A DNA stretch of 64,000 nt, taken from NCBI GenBank assembly GCA_038087875.1, contig JAXLNO010003705.1, positions 1-64,000 of the forward strand, read 5' to 3'. The notes beneath the pieces were generated by a model that was not told the DNA's origin, did not search any database, and saw only the letters and a program-made list of their open reading frames with translations. Source of the stretch: Malacoraja senta. Lineage: Eukaryota. Position 1 is the stretch's first letter; every line of letters starts with the position of its first letter. This document shows positions 50,321 through 63,400 of this stretch, piece after piece. Both the position numbers and the translations under genes were made by a program.

Positions 50321-51924
50321 GTTAACTCCCTATAGTGGGAGAAAAATGAAATTCTGTTCTACAAATCTACATGCATTATCCCATATCCAAACATAATGAA
50401 TTATCAAGCCAGAGGCAAAATTGTATCCACTCATAACAATCCATTATCTGTGTCAAGTTAATGTTCCATGTTGAGCCATATGGCATGGATGCACATTCAA
50501 AGAAAATTCCTCAAACTTGTTCTAATCAGCACTTGCAACCATCCAAAAAACTGACACTGTTTTGTGTTTTATACATTTTCTTAATATCCGTGGCAAAAAA
50601 ACAGGACAGGAAAAGTGGGAGTAATGCAAGAGGGAACTGGGTAAAAATGCAGATGGTGAACTCTGAATACAGAGTTCCAGGGAAACCAGACTCAGCTGTA
50701 AATGGGTCAATGCAAAACAATGCCAGATTTATTTGCAGTCAAGGAATAACAGAGCAACTAGTGAAATTTGCTAATGTAAAACAACAGACAACAATGTTGG
50801 CTGAAAAGGATAGCAATGGAACGAAGTTCATTTTCCAGTGAGTGGGTTCATGTATTTAAAAGTTGCATGCAACACATTACGCATATTAAATATTCCCCAA
50901 GAGGATTATACAATTATCTGGTGGGAGTCTGGAGTTTCACAACCAAATCTTAAACAGCACAAGTGAATTTCTAAGAGTTCATACCAAACTATGTTTTGCA
51001 TGTATACAATTTTAATTGACAGCATTAAATCAATTTACATGTAAACCCATTGCACAATCCAGATTAACCAACATCAGACTAGAAGATTCTTGATTAATAT
51101 TTTTAATTAGAAAATTGCAATTAATATCAATATCTCTAATACAAAAAAACATTATATCCATTATGAGCAGGTCAAAGATAGAATTAAGAACTCCCAGAAG
51201 CCTATTGTACCTGACAGTAGACCTCACATCAAGCGTATCTGGAGCCTACAACTAGAGCTGAACTGCATTTCAGCTCCTGCAGTGACAACAATAAAATGCT
51301 GAGAAAACACACTATCGAATCCTGAACTCAGCATCAATTTCTGTTAATTACAGCCTTGTCAGCAACGTGATTATTCAAACTGCTCATGCAAATGTTAATG
51401 AGTCCTTATTTGCATATTTATTTTTTCCCTTTGTTGAAATGTCATTGATTATTACATTCTACCATGATGAATGCTACTGCTGATGTGCTCTGATATGTAA
51501 TTAGTCATTAGGTGGAATGAATAGATCAATTATGAGAAAGGTCCAGGATTAAGCAATATAAAACAAGAAACACAGATAGAAAGCTCAATTTAAAAAAAAT
51601 AATAAAATCCTTAAGGGAGGTGGAAAACTTTTCAGATCAAGATAATGCTGCGTGTATCTTCTCTCCATAAGTGCTCATTGCAAAGTAATAAAATAAGATT
51701 CAATTTGCACCATGGTAACAAGAGCATCTAAAATGCAACTTTAGCAATTCCTCAGATCACAAGATTTTAGTCGTTTTAGATTTTTTATAAATCATTCCAA
51801 TAGCAAAATTACTTTTCCCATATTTGCAATGAAAAATGCAAGCTTCATTTCAGGGAAAGAATAATGTTTGCCTTTAGAGCAGCTCACTGTTACTATCCTC
51901 CAGCCAACACAAGCTATTCACTGA

Positions 51925-52072
51925 NNNNNNNNNNNNNNNNNNNNNNNNNNNNNNNNNNNNNNNNNNNNNNNNNNNNNNNNNNNNNNNNNNNNNNNNNNNN
52001 NNNNNNNNNNNNNNNNNNNNNNNNNNNNNNNNNNNNNNNNNNNNNNNNNNNNNNNNNNNNNNNNNNNNNNNN
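51925..52072. other. Assembly gap (148 N)
   Basis: Run of N. Confidence 1.
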
Positions 52073-52558
52073 TGGCACCCCGAGGAACTCAGAAAGGGGG
52101 AGGGTCTCACGAGTCTTACTGGTCCATGCCTGATGACTTCATAATCACACATCATTTCATTCACTGGAGGATACAAAACATCAAACTAATAACCTTCCAC
52201 TGGAAATGGTCATGTTGTGCATATTAATAAATGCACTGATGATAGTGAGGTACTTGTCTCATCCTTGTATTCACGGTGCACAAGACAAGGAACACACATT
52301 TAAAACAGTTACATATTATCTCAGGAAGGCTATTACATTGATATTAACAACGATGAAAACATTAAACAAATCTGTGTCTAAAGCAAGCTGACAATGGAAT
52401 AACACACATTAACAAAACATTCAAAAATCAACTATATTAATGTACTCAAAGCCACATTATATTTGTGAAACTACTGATTAGAATAAACGGTGGAAAATGA
52501 AAGATTAATGATCGGAATTGAGCTACTGATGAAAATTATTAAAATATTTGTTAACGTG

Positions 52559-52687
52559 TTTAAGAAGGAACTGCAGATGCTGGAAAATCGAAGGTACACA
52601 AAAATGCTGGAGAAACTCAGCGGGTGCAGCAGCATCTATGGAGCGAAGGAAATAGGCAACGTTTCGGGCCGAAACCCTTCTTCAGAC
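52559..52687 (-). mobile_element. Solo Penelope terminal-repeat element with intact hammerhead core
   Basis: Minus strand reads GTCTGAAGAAGGGTTTCGGCCCGAAACGTTGCC...CTGCAGTTCCTTCTTAAA. Confidence 0.9.
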
Positions 52688-55600
52688 GTGGATGTGCGAA
52701 GATCAGACAGGCTCCAGAACATGCTGCTTACATTATGGTTCTGATATAAGTGACCACGTTTTGCCAGCAGCTGCACATGAAAGTACTAGCATTTTTCAGC
52801 TTATGTCCCCAGAAGTTTTAGGCTTTAAGCACAGCCAATATTTTCCAGCTGAGCCCCCAGAAGAAACAGGATTGTGCTTTTATTCTACAGCATTTCCACT
52901 GGAGAATCTACTGGTGAAGAATCTAAAATAAAGGAAATTCACACTTTTTTTTAAAGCACAGAATGTTAAATAAAGTGTTTTCAGTTGATACTATTTTCTC
53001 AAAAGTGTTTGTATTCTTTTTAAAAGTTTCAGTATATCTTAGCCAAATTGACCGTATTGCAAGATTCACAACCCTGAAAAGAGTTCTTACTTCAATCTTA
53101 AATGATTGATCACTTATCCTGGACCTTAGTTAGCCCTAACTCTAGACTTTGATATCAGCCAACCCTGTTTGCTTTCCAAAGATACACTTCATGTCAGGAT
53201 GCAACCTTCTCTGGACTGCGTCCAAAAGAAATATATCCTTCCTTATAAGTTCATAACTGTTGTGGTCACATCAAAGTCTTGCAGGGAAATACTGACCAAT
53301 ACTTAGCAATATCCTGATATTACTGGCCTGAATTGTACCCCATGCCCTTTCATATTTAGGAATCTAATCGCTTCACAAATTGCTTCAACATTTGTGGCAG
53401 AGAATACGCATTATGTCTTGTACGTAGAAAAGTGCAGATAGACATGGAAAACAGTATGACAATCTGACCAATTCAAAGCATTACTTACGATACGATGAAG
53501 TAATAATAATGTAAAGGCACAAATTTAAAATTATGGACATTTAAAAAGGCAGGTTAGTGTGGTTCATTTGGAGATATGACATTTGGAGGAGTGATACTTG
53601 GGCAGTTAAATCCACCAGGCAAAAAAGGTGCAAAAACCAATGCAACTGGTAAGAATTAAAAAAAAACTTCAGACCAATTAAATCATTTTGCGTTTCACAC
53701 ATGACAAAGTCAACATAAAGCAAGAGGTAGAGATGTAAATGGAAGGTGCAACTACTATAGTCATTTATAAAGTGCACAAATCAGAGTTCTAGGTGACTTT
53801 GTTCAAGATAACTTTGCACAAAATGATGTTCTGGGATAAGCAGGGAAATTGCAAAAACGAGCTGTGCCCAGAGCTGAATCTGTTGTCCTGGGGCAGCATG
53901 CATGGTCAAAAATGACATATGATTAACATTAAATTCAAGCATTTAAAAGTATACTGTTAATTGCTAACATTAACTGCAATTGAATGATTTTCTCCAAATA
54001 TACAGGCATACAAATATCATGAAGTATTGCCAGAGGGTATATGCTGAGGCTAACGAACCACATTTTCAATTACGAGATTTAGTGAAAGGGATTTTAGGGG
54101 TGGAAGTACATCTCCAGCACTTACAACTATTTTCTTATTGTCTGTTTATATTGAACAACTATGAAAGCCTGTTCAATTAACACACTAGTAAATAAATGAG
54201 ATCAACATTCAACTAAAAAGGGAAATTGCATTCCTAGCCTCCACAGGACAGATGCATGGTCTAAGGCACACTATTATATCAATTTCCAAAGATTTTCTGA
54301 TCAAGGTATGGTTTTGCAAATTACATTAGCCTTCCACCATTTCAGGACATAAAAGTTCCCTCTTTAGCTGTCTTTTGTGCAAGGCAGACTTTGTTACAGA
54401 CAAAAAATCTATGATGTCCCAAAAGTACTTCACAACCAAAGTTAATCCAAGATGCAGCCTATGTTCCAATGCAAATAAACATAGCATCAACAGTAAAGGG
54501 TAACATTTATACATTTAATTGAACTGTTCTATAATGTGAGCATCCAATCTTATTTGATCTTCCCAACAAAGACTACTAAATTAACACTTCTTGAAAATAG
54601 CAGAACTTTTAACATTTTATCCATTCATATTTGACCTTACAATGCACAACAACTCTGCTGGCAATATTTCACGGCGACTATTTCAGATTTTGATAACTGA
54701 GCATTTCTTCAACATTGATCTGATTATCCAGTTGTAAATATTAATTTGATTGCAATTGCTACAGCCAGTGACATAATATTCCCCCTTTATGCTCAAATTG
54801 AAATAGTAATTAGCTAATGTGTAACATTAAAATGCTATATTCCTCTAAAAAGAATGTACAAATTGTTGGGCAAAAGCAGATCATGACATATCCTCAAAAA
54901 TAAACTGGATCCAATCAGGAAACTATTCAAATGTACTGGATTCAAACAGGAAAAGGAAAACAACCAACTGGTATATAAAAACTGAATTAGAGGTATTTAA
55001 AATCTTGACAAGGAAGGTTGACAATTAATTTCCATTGACATTAACTGGCACATCTTCATGGATATTAAGTACATGCCCTCTCTAATGAAGTTCAAATGCA
55101 GTGATTGCCCAAACATTTCGGAAGCAACCTTAAAATATACAATGTCATCTAAATTATTCTTCAATACACCAAACTAAATATTTCCAGCTTCTAATGTAGA
55201 TTTTGGCCAAAAATGAATTAGAGAGCAATACTGATCATTTAAAACGCAACTTAATTGTCAAAAACACTGATACTTTGTTTAAAATTCTTAAAACTCTTAA
55301 AATTGCAATCAGCAATAACAATGACTCAAAAGACATTATTATACAAATAAAACTGTTGGGAAACACATGAAATGCACCTTCGGAAAGACCAGATATATAC
55401 TTTTATAATTATGTTTTAATATTTTCCAAAGCCCATCAGAAAGAATAATGAAGACATGAGAAACTAATGAGTCTTAATTTTCTAATAGCTAAATGTATTA
55501 GAATACACTCATTTTACAACATTTCTCTCAAGCCAGGTATACAAAAGAGTTTATTACTTAAAAACAAAATCAATTGAATGTTGAACATTTAAAAAAAACT

Positions 55601-56596
55601 AGGAATTCATAGACCAAACATCTGAAGTGAAAGAAACCAAGTTAATAGTTGATGTTTAAAACATAACATTTAAAAGGCATTTGGACAGGTACTTAAGACA
55701 GGAAAGTGGAGAGATACAGGCCTATTGAAGACAAATGGGATTAGTGTAGACAGGCATCCGAGTACCTTTCATCAGCAGAGAGAGTACCTTTCATCGTAAT
55801 TAAGTCCCACAATTACATGGAGAGGGGCTTGAGGGAGAAGGGCACAGCAATTAACAAGTGGGGAAAGAGCAGACAAGAGTGTGAGAGAAGAATAGATTAA
55901 TGTGCACAAGAATAATGAAGACAGAAAGCTTACAAGAGCAGGCAAAGCCCGGAAAGCATTTATGACCTATACTACCTGACTAGTCCTAAACCTAACGGAA
56001 CAGTGACAAATCAGTGCTCCTGTCACAGCTGCTAACTGGGAAGAAAGCGACCTCTCCAGGGAATTCAAAACCAACCAGACACCTGTTGCAGTGATTGTGT
56101 GCAGGACATGAAGTTGATGCAGAACTTTGATAAGCCTCAAGGCCCAATTAGAATACTAGCCAGAAAATGCAGAGTATTTTTCTTCTTATACAGGCGATAA
56201 AAAACAATGACACAGATTTCACTGCTAATACACAAAAACAATGGACAATAAAAGGCCCACACTGTCAATAAATGACTAGGTAATTCAATTTCCAGGAAAA
56301 TCATTATGCTGCATCAAAAGAAAATGAAAAACAGATGAATGTAATTTCTCACTGAGCAAAGTTCATTGGTGCTATACTTCAGACCATTGCAGCATTTTGA
56401 AATATTGCAATATTATGCAGGATTAATACTGCTGAATCACCAAAGAGGCAAGACAATATTGCTTTAATCCTTTAAATGTATTTCTATACAAAACTTACAT
56501 CGGTAAAATACTGAATGATAAATCTCATAAATGAAATAGAACTGTCTTACACTACAGAATAATTCTCCATACTTAAAAATAAAACACCAAAAGACT

Positions 56597-56917
56597 AAGA
56601 GTGGTCAGGGTTGTAAGAGCTGCGGCCTTACAGTGAATGCAGCGCCGGAGACCCGGGTTTAATCCCGACTTCAGGTGCTTGTCTGTATGGAATTTGTACG
56701 TTCTCCCTGTGACCTGCATGAATTTTCTCCGAGATCTTCGGTTTCCTCCCCCACTCCAAAGACGTACAGGTTTGTAGGTTAATTGGCTTGGTAAATATAA
56801 AAATTGTCCCTCGTGGGTGTAGGATAGTGTTAATGTGCGGGGATCACTGGTCAGCGCGGACCTGGCAGGCCGAAGGGCCTGTTTCCACGCTGTATCTCTA
56901 AACTAAATTAAACTAAA
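56597..56917 (+). mobile_element. Full-length V-SINE (HE1-like)
   Basis: gacccgggtttaatccc B box, V-domain, (aaact)n tail. Confidence 0.9.
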
Positions 56918-57441
56918 GCAGGGTACAAAGTTCACTTCAAGATTAATTGTGCAATCTACTTTCATTTACACTATGCCAAACTACATTAGCATCATGTTCA
57001 ACTAGGTATTTCTGCGTTTTACCAGATGCCATAGCTGAGAATGCCGGTTCAATGCTCACATTTACACTCCCACTTTGGTTAGGAGGATGGCTGGTACTGT
57101 GTTCTTCAAATGTCAGTTACACTATGCTCTAGATTCCAGCCTTCAACAAAGCACAAGAAAATTTGGATATGCACAAAGATCAAGAGATCTACAAGATTCT
57201 TTTCCTTAAATAATATAGAAACCACTCCACCTTTAAAAGGTATGCGGGGCTTTGAGAATACAGATGCTTCAAAAACTATTTTTCTAGTGTAGCTATTTTC
57301 ATTTCACAAGTTCATTAATCATGATATTACTGTTATTACTGAATTAGGTAAGGAATCGAGTAACATAGATACCCAGACAAGTGTTAACAATATGCGTTTG
57401 AAAATTACACCAACCTAATGAACTGAAATAGTACAGGTTTG

Positions 57442-57559
57442 TTTCGACCCGAAACGTTGCCTATTTCCTTCGCTCCATAGATGCTGCCTCACCCACTGAG
57501 TTACTCCAGCATTTTTGTCTACCTTCGATTTTCCAGCATCTGCATTTCCTTCTTAAACA
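57442..57559 (+). mobile_element. Solo Penelope terminal-repeat element truncated within hammerhead stem II
   Basis: tttcgacccgaaacgttgcc...ccttcttaaaca. Confidence 0.88.
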
Positions 57560-57929
57560 AACTGAAATAGTATTTAATTTAGGAACTGGTCTAATATAGG
57601 TAACAACAGAGTGAAGTTCATTATTTTTACATAACAGACACAAGTATTCCTCCAGTTGTTCAGACATCAAGCTCCAGCTAATTACACAAAATCTGTTCAC
57701 AATATCATCCACAATCCTGGTCAAATCCCATTTGGCTCAATTCCCTTAAACTCCAAATATTGTTGAATATTCACAATAAGCATCTAAAAATAAGTAGTAA
57801 AAATGTGACAAATTCACAGTTAAGACATACTTATTACTCCAATCCAGAGCAGCCATCCACTTAGTCCTGGAAACTTCAGTTATAGGAAACTGAATAGAAG
57901 CGATTACATTTCCAAAGGGTCAACATCAT

Positions 57930-58135
57930 CTTACATGGGATCTTTAAATTAAGATCCAGACTATCCACTCACTATTGAAAGGGCAAAGGAATTCTCACCA
58001 GTGCTCTGGTCATCATTTATTCCCTCAGCCAAGATCACAACCCTTGATCATGAGAGCTGCATGTGAAATCTTGCATGTAAATTATCTGCCAAATTTCTTA
58101 TAACAGCAGCTACACTTCAAAAGTACTTCCTTGTC
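57930..58135 (+). mobile_element. Ancient Deu-domain SINE remnant (SacSINE1/AmnSINE1-like)
   Basis: ttctcaccagtgctctggtcatcatttattccctcagcc...ctacacttcaaaagtacttc resembles the Deu-domain consensus as recalled. Confidence 0.5.
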
Positions 58136-59596
58136 TCCATAATAATATTGCAATAGTTTGCAGACTGTTACAATCCCATTTACAGGTATGTGCACATCTG
58201 CTTTAGTTGCTATAAAGAACAGCATCAATAGAATGTTGTGATAACCAGCAGCTGAATTGTGCAGTTTCAATTGCATATACAAGCATTGCTATGAAAAAGT
58301 AAGTTTACTGCACAGTTAGGTAAATGTTGAAACAGAAACATAACATTCTAGAACATCAAAGCTTCACAACGATCAACACTGAGAAAGACCTTCACAAAGG
58401 GTTGCCCTGCTGGTTCATAAGATGCCATGGTGAGAAAACTGATTTTTATCAATGAACAACTCAAAATCAAAGTACTTAAATGATCAAATTACCATTTTAT
58501 TCTTTTAAAATTGGTTCATAATCGATGATTTTTATGTATGAGATTAGATGCCTAGGATTCAACGTACAAAATATATATATATTGTCATTCTTGAAAGGTA
58601 AAGTAATCGACGTCAGTTGCATTGAATTAGCAGGAGACTTCAACCTGCGTTAATGCTGCATCACAGGGCTGTCCTCGTGGGATTTAAAGAAGCATAAATA
58701 CTCTCTCAGCATTCACATGATTTAACAGAGACTAATTCAGCAAGACTTAAAAATCAACAGCTATGAGCAATAGATACCTTGGGACGCAGATTAGTGATTT
58801 ATGCAAAGCTAAATGTATGGTAGATTTCTGCACAGGTTTTTTTTTTAAATGCAAACTATACTTTGGTTGAATCATAGGCTGATGCATGATCTTTTGTGGG
58901 CTGGAAAGCGTAGTCTCCTTATTAAAAAACTTTAACTTTTTTAATCGATCAGTGAAAAAAAATTAACTGCAAAAGAATATTTATATTTTCAGTTTTGCTA
59001 TGCATGAATGGACAAATACTAAAAACAAAAAGAGAGACCACAAACACATTCAGTTGCAAAGCATGACCAATATTTCCTGACTTTCACTATCATCTTTACA
59101 GCTCACAAACTACATATTTGTGCAGTGACATTGTAGAAAACATTTGGTTCAAATCTGGGGGGAAAACACATTGTTACCAGTAAATGCTGATTAGGATCCA
59201 AAAGGGGAACATTAAATATATGAGTTTTGATGATTTATACCTTGGCCTATTGATTTGCTTTCCGTACTTCAAAGGTTGTTAACTATTGGTTTAAATATTA
59301 TGCTTCTTTAAACAAAAAAATACTCCAACACTTTGCTGCATGGATGACAGAAAGGATATACAAATACAATAGAACAGAAGAAAGTTCACACTGAAGCATT
59401 TATCTAAAAAGGATGTTAATCATTCATAAATATTCCAGAATTCAAATTTAATAAAATCTGAGGTGCAAATTTCAATTACTGATAAATGATAACCCTTTAA
59501 GTTTGCTAACTTTTTGAACACATGAATTTACAAGACATATGCGACTGCTTTTGCACCAACCAAATCATCATCATTATACTGAGTGATGAGTACACT

Positions 59597-59615
59597 GCCA
59601 CCAGCAGGGGGCACA
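59597..59615 (+). promoter_or_regulatory. Candidate CTCF site
   Basis: GCCACCAGCAGGGGGCACA, close to the core consensus CCAGCAGGGGGCGC, in unique AT-rich sequence. Confidence 0.6.
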
Positions 59616-60874
59616 ACTTTCAACTATGTTCTGGGTTCACTCCACCCTTTTCACCAATGCGTCAAAGCAGAACAACTCCATTGCATTTGCTTGCCCCGAC
59701 ACATCTGTACATAAAGGAAACACTTAAGGATGCACAGAGCGAGTCAACGCAATAGACATCAGTAGCTGGAGCCCACACAAGTGAACTGCTTTTTGGTAAA
59801 TTAGCCTTAAAGTAAATTGTTTAAACATAATTATCTAATTAGAAAGATCTTCCATAAAAATCTCCTACTTGCAATCTGTAAGAACATATATCAGTTCAGT
59901 GACTAATTGAGTTTGTCCACACACCACTTCACACAACCTATGCACTCTTTCCATGTATTATATATTTTCAGTGTCCTCATCCTCTTTACCAAAACACCAT
60001 CTGTACAGCAGGGGACAATTGGAAAGCCCAAAACCAAGCTGACACAACTATACCGCCCGAACCATCCAGGTGCACGAATGGCTTGGCAAGCACTCAATCT
60101 CCCCATTATGGCAAAATACCTTCCCAACACTGGCAACTGCTTCAATAATTTAAACTTTTCCAACCCATTCTCCTGCTGTAGCAGTGACATCATACAATGT
60201 TTTTTCTAGGTGTACTGGTAAAAATGGATCTTCTCACCTTCTCTCCTTCCCTGCAGCCGCAATCCACTCAAAATATGATATTACCTATACCAAACATTAT
60301 CACTCGACCAGTCCTGTGGTTCAATCTATAAAAGTCCAGGAGAACCCACGTCTCAAACTCAATGGCAGAAAATACCAGACTGACTGAGGTAATGGGAATT
60401 CCTTTAACTGGGAAGCAAACCCGAAACTCACAACAACAAAAATAGGCAATTGTTCTGACTATCAAGACTGGTGGGCCATAAAGCTAATCTCAAGATCTAA
60501 TCTTGCAAGTATCAAGCTTCATTAATCGAATACCTCGTGGCTTTGTTGTGATAGCTCGGAATGAACTGCAAAGCAAATTATGTTTAATTTCTCAGAAGTG
60601 CAATATACTCAAAATGTCTAAATTATAAAGTAGTCTGTGCTTCGACATTGCCCTAACCCTATCCAAATACAGATAAGGATCTGGAACAGAATGGGGTTCT
60701 ATTGTAATACCTAAAGGCAATCACATCCCATATACACTGAAAGTAAACATGTCACTTTCAACAGACAGTGCAGGTAGCAAAAACTAGTAAAAGCGATCCC
60801 TTTGTCAACTGAATATGTGGGGTAATCAGAGGCTGGAAACTAACTCAATTGCAAATAAGCTTGAAAATGAAGAC

Positions 60875-61465
60875 AAGAGACTGCAGATGCTGGAATCTTG
60901 GGCAACAAAATGCTGGAGGAACTCGGCAGATCAAACAGCATCTGAGGAGAGAAATGTACGGTTGCAGATTAGGTTCCTTTCCCTTTGAGTGATGGAGTGG
61001 AGAGGAGATAGCTCATTGAAAGAACTGAGCTAGAAGTGAGAGGTGAGGCAAGACCTAGCAAGTGACAGATGGATCCAGGCAATGGGGGGGTGATTGGCAG
61101 ATGAGTTAGATTGGGGAGAGAAGGGTGAAGATAGGATCAAAGCTGGTGGTGATTACCACGGAAAATAAAAGGGTGAAATCATATAAGGAAGGAGAGTGAA
61201 TTGCAACACCAGAGGGAGGATTGGTGGGTAGAAAGGTATGGGGGGGGGGGGGGGAAGAAGGTGAGTGAAATGGATGAAGGGAAATGGAATTTGGTGATGG
61301 GGCTGGGGAAAGTGAAAAGTAAGTACATAGATGCGAGTGAGGTGGGGAGCCGAGTACACGAGGAGTGTGGGGGGGGGGGGGGGGGGGGGGACACCTGAAA
61401 TTGGGGTGAATGTGTCCATGTCAGAGTTAGATGGAACTAACTTTGGGGAGTTATGCGTCAAGGTA
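60875..61465 (-). mobile_element. Old Penelope-like 3' region with G-rich tracts
   Basis: actgcagatgctggaatc...tgctggaggaactcggcag terminal module followed by purine-rich sequence like the reverse of the pyrimidine-rich Penelope 3' UTR. Confidence 0.55.
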
Positions 61466-61597
61466 CTCACTGCAGCATTCCAAGACCTGATCTTGTATCC
61501 ACACTATGACTCTGGTTACCACAGTTCAGTTCTGGTCAACAGTAACTTCATGATATTGATAGTGCAAGTATCAAGGATAGTAATGCCCTGAACATTA

Positions 61598-62050
61598 GTC
61601 AAGAATCAAGTGTGTTTAATTATCATATGTACCGAAATAGTACAATGAAATTCTTACTTGTAGCACCTTAGCAGGTCAGTAAACGCAGCACTCAATATAT
61701 ATCGCAAACAAATTCATAAATAAAAATACCCAATATTTGTGTAAAATAAAACAAGTGCCCAAAGTCCCTATAACAACCAAGATAGTTTGTATTATGCAAT
61801 TTAGATAGTGTTTGTTGTGTTCAATAGCCTGATAGTTGTCGGGTAGCTGTCCTGAACCAGGATGTCAGAGCCTTCTTGCTGATGGCAGGAGTGAAATGAG
61901 AATATGGCCAGTGTGGTGTGGGTCTTTGATGATGCTGGCTGCCCTTATGAGGCAACATCTCCTATAGATCCCTTCGAAGGTGGGGACATCAGTACTCATG
62001 ATGGATAAGGCAGTGTCTGCCATTTTTTGTAACCTCCTTCGTTCCTAGAT
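61598..62050 (-). mobile_element. Decayed Rex1/Babar 3' fragment
   Basis: Minus strand SIIKDPHHTGH-like motif; tcttga tail. Confidence 0.65.
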
Positions 62051-62419
62051 GTGATAGCATTTTTTTGCTCCTGTTGGATATCAATGCCTGGTACTTGTAT
62101 AGCATAACTGTTATCTGCCATTTATCAGCCCATGCCAGAATATTGTCCAGGTCTTGTAGTGCACCATTTCATTACCCGAATTGCATCATTTGCATACTTT
62201 ACATACTTCTGACTTTACAACTGAAGGAAGATCATGAATGAAGGAGCTGAAGATCTTTTAACCTCTGAAACAACCCCAAGAAACTCCTGCAGATATGTCC
62301 TGTGGCTGAGATGATTGACCTCCTTGTGGTTATCTTTCTTGTTGCTGTGTAATTCCAACAAACAATGGGTTTTCCCTGATTCCCTTTGACTCCAGTTTAG
62401 CCAAGTCCATCAATGCCAT

Positions 62420-62547
62420 AATGGAGAGAAGGCAGGTACAGGATACTGAGTTGGATGATCAGCCATGATCATATTGAATGGCGGTGCAGGCTCGAAGGGC
62501 CGAATGGCCTACTCCTGCACCTATTTTCTATGTTTCTATGTTTCTAT
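62420..62547 (+). mobile_element. CR1 3' end
   Basis: gatcagccatgatcatattgaatggcgg...ggccgaatggcctactcctgcacc with a (tttctatg)n tail. Confidence 0.85.
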
Positions 62548-62587
62548 AATCAACCCTGCCTTAATGTCAAAGGCACCTACTCTCTCT

Positions 62588-63400
62588 TACAATACAATAC
62601 CGTTTATTGTCATTTGAACCTCAAATGAAGTTCAAACGAAATTTGGTTTCTGCAGTCATACAACAAGAAAAGAACCAAGACACACACCAACACAATTTAC
62701 ACAAACATCCATCACAGTGAATCTCCTCCTCACTGTGATGGAAGGCAAAGTCTTGTCTCTCCCTTGCTCTCCATTCTTCTCCCGATGTCAAAGCCCCTGG
62801 CGGGCGATGGTAAGTCCCGCGGCAATTAAGGCCGCGCCGGGCGATGCAAGGCCGCGCTCCGGGTCGTGATGTTGGAACCCCCGGCGGGCGCTAGCAAGTC
62901 CCGCGGCCGTTAAAGCCGCGCCGGGCGATGTAAGGCCCCGCTCCAGGTAATTTTCAACCCCACAATTCGGGCGGGAGAAATTGCCGTTGCAGGAGCACCG
63001 AAAAGCAGTCTCCCACCAGGGACCCGCGAGCTCCTGATGTCACCGTCCACCGGGCCTGCGGCTGGAGCCTCCGAAGCTCCGAAGTCAGGCCGCAGCCGCG
63101 CGCCACCACAGCCCTCAACGCCAGCTCCACGATGGTAGGTCCGCAGGCTCCGCGACTGGAGCCCCCAGGTCGTTCCGGTTGGAGGCCGCTCCACGATGCT
63201 AGGCCCCAACGACAACGGAGACCCGACAGGGAAAAGGTCGGGTCCCCCGTACAGGGAAGAGATTTAAGTTTCCCCACCCCCCACACATACACAGTTAAAA
63301 ACAATAAATAAACCACTACAAACTACACTCAAAGGGACAAAAAAAAATAAAGACAGACGGACTGCAGAGGCCGCTGCAACGTCGGTCGCGCCGCCCACCT
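62588..63400 (-). mobile_element. Second copy of the GC/CpG-rich retroposon-like element
   Basis: Reverse complement aligns end to end with 25075-26035, apart from the 131-bp insert in that copy. Confidence 0.8.

Noticed and set aside
51030-51227. ORF as an alternative TCF12 N-terminus
   Set aside because: No convincing donor and no similarity to E-protein termini that I recognise.
51864-52176. ORFs spanning the N run
   Set aside because: Artefacts of the assembly gap.
61153-61591. Poly-Pro or poly-Gly ORFs, also at 40206-40388 and 20138-20523
   Set aside because: Translations of G/C homopolymer tracts.
63340-63400. HDV-like ribozyme at the 5' end of the GC-rich element
   Set aside because: Only a simple hairpin is visible; I could not build the nested double pseudoknot.
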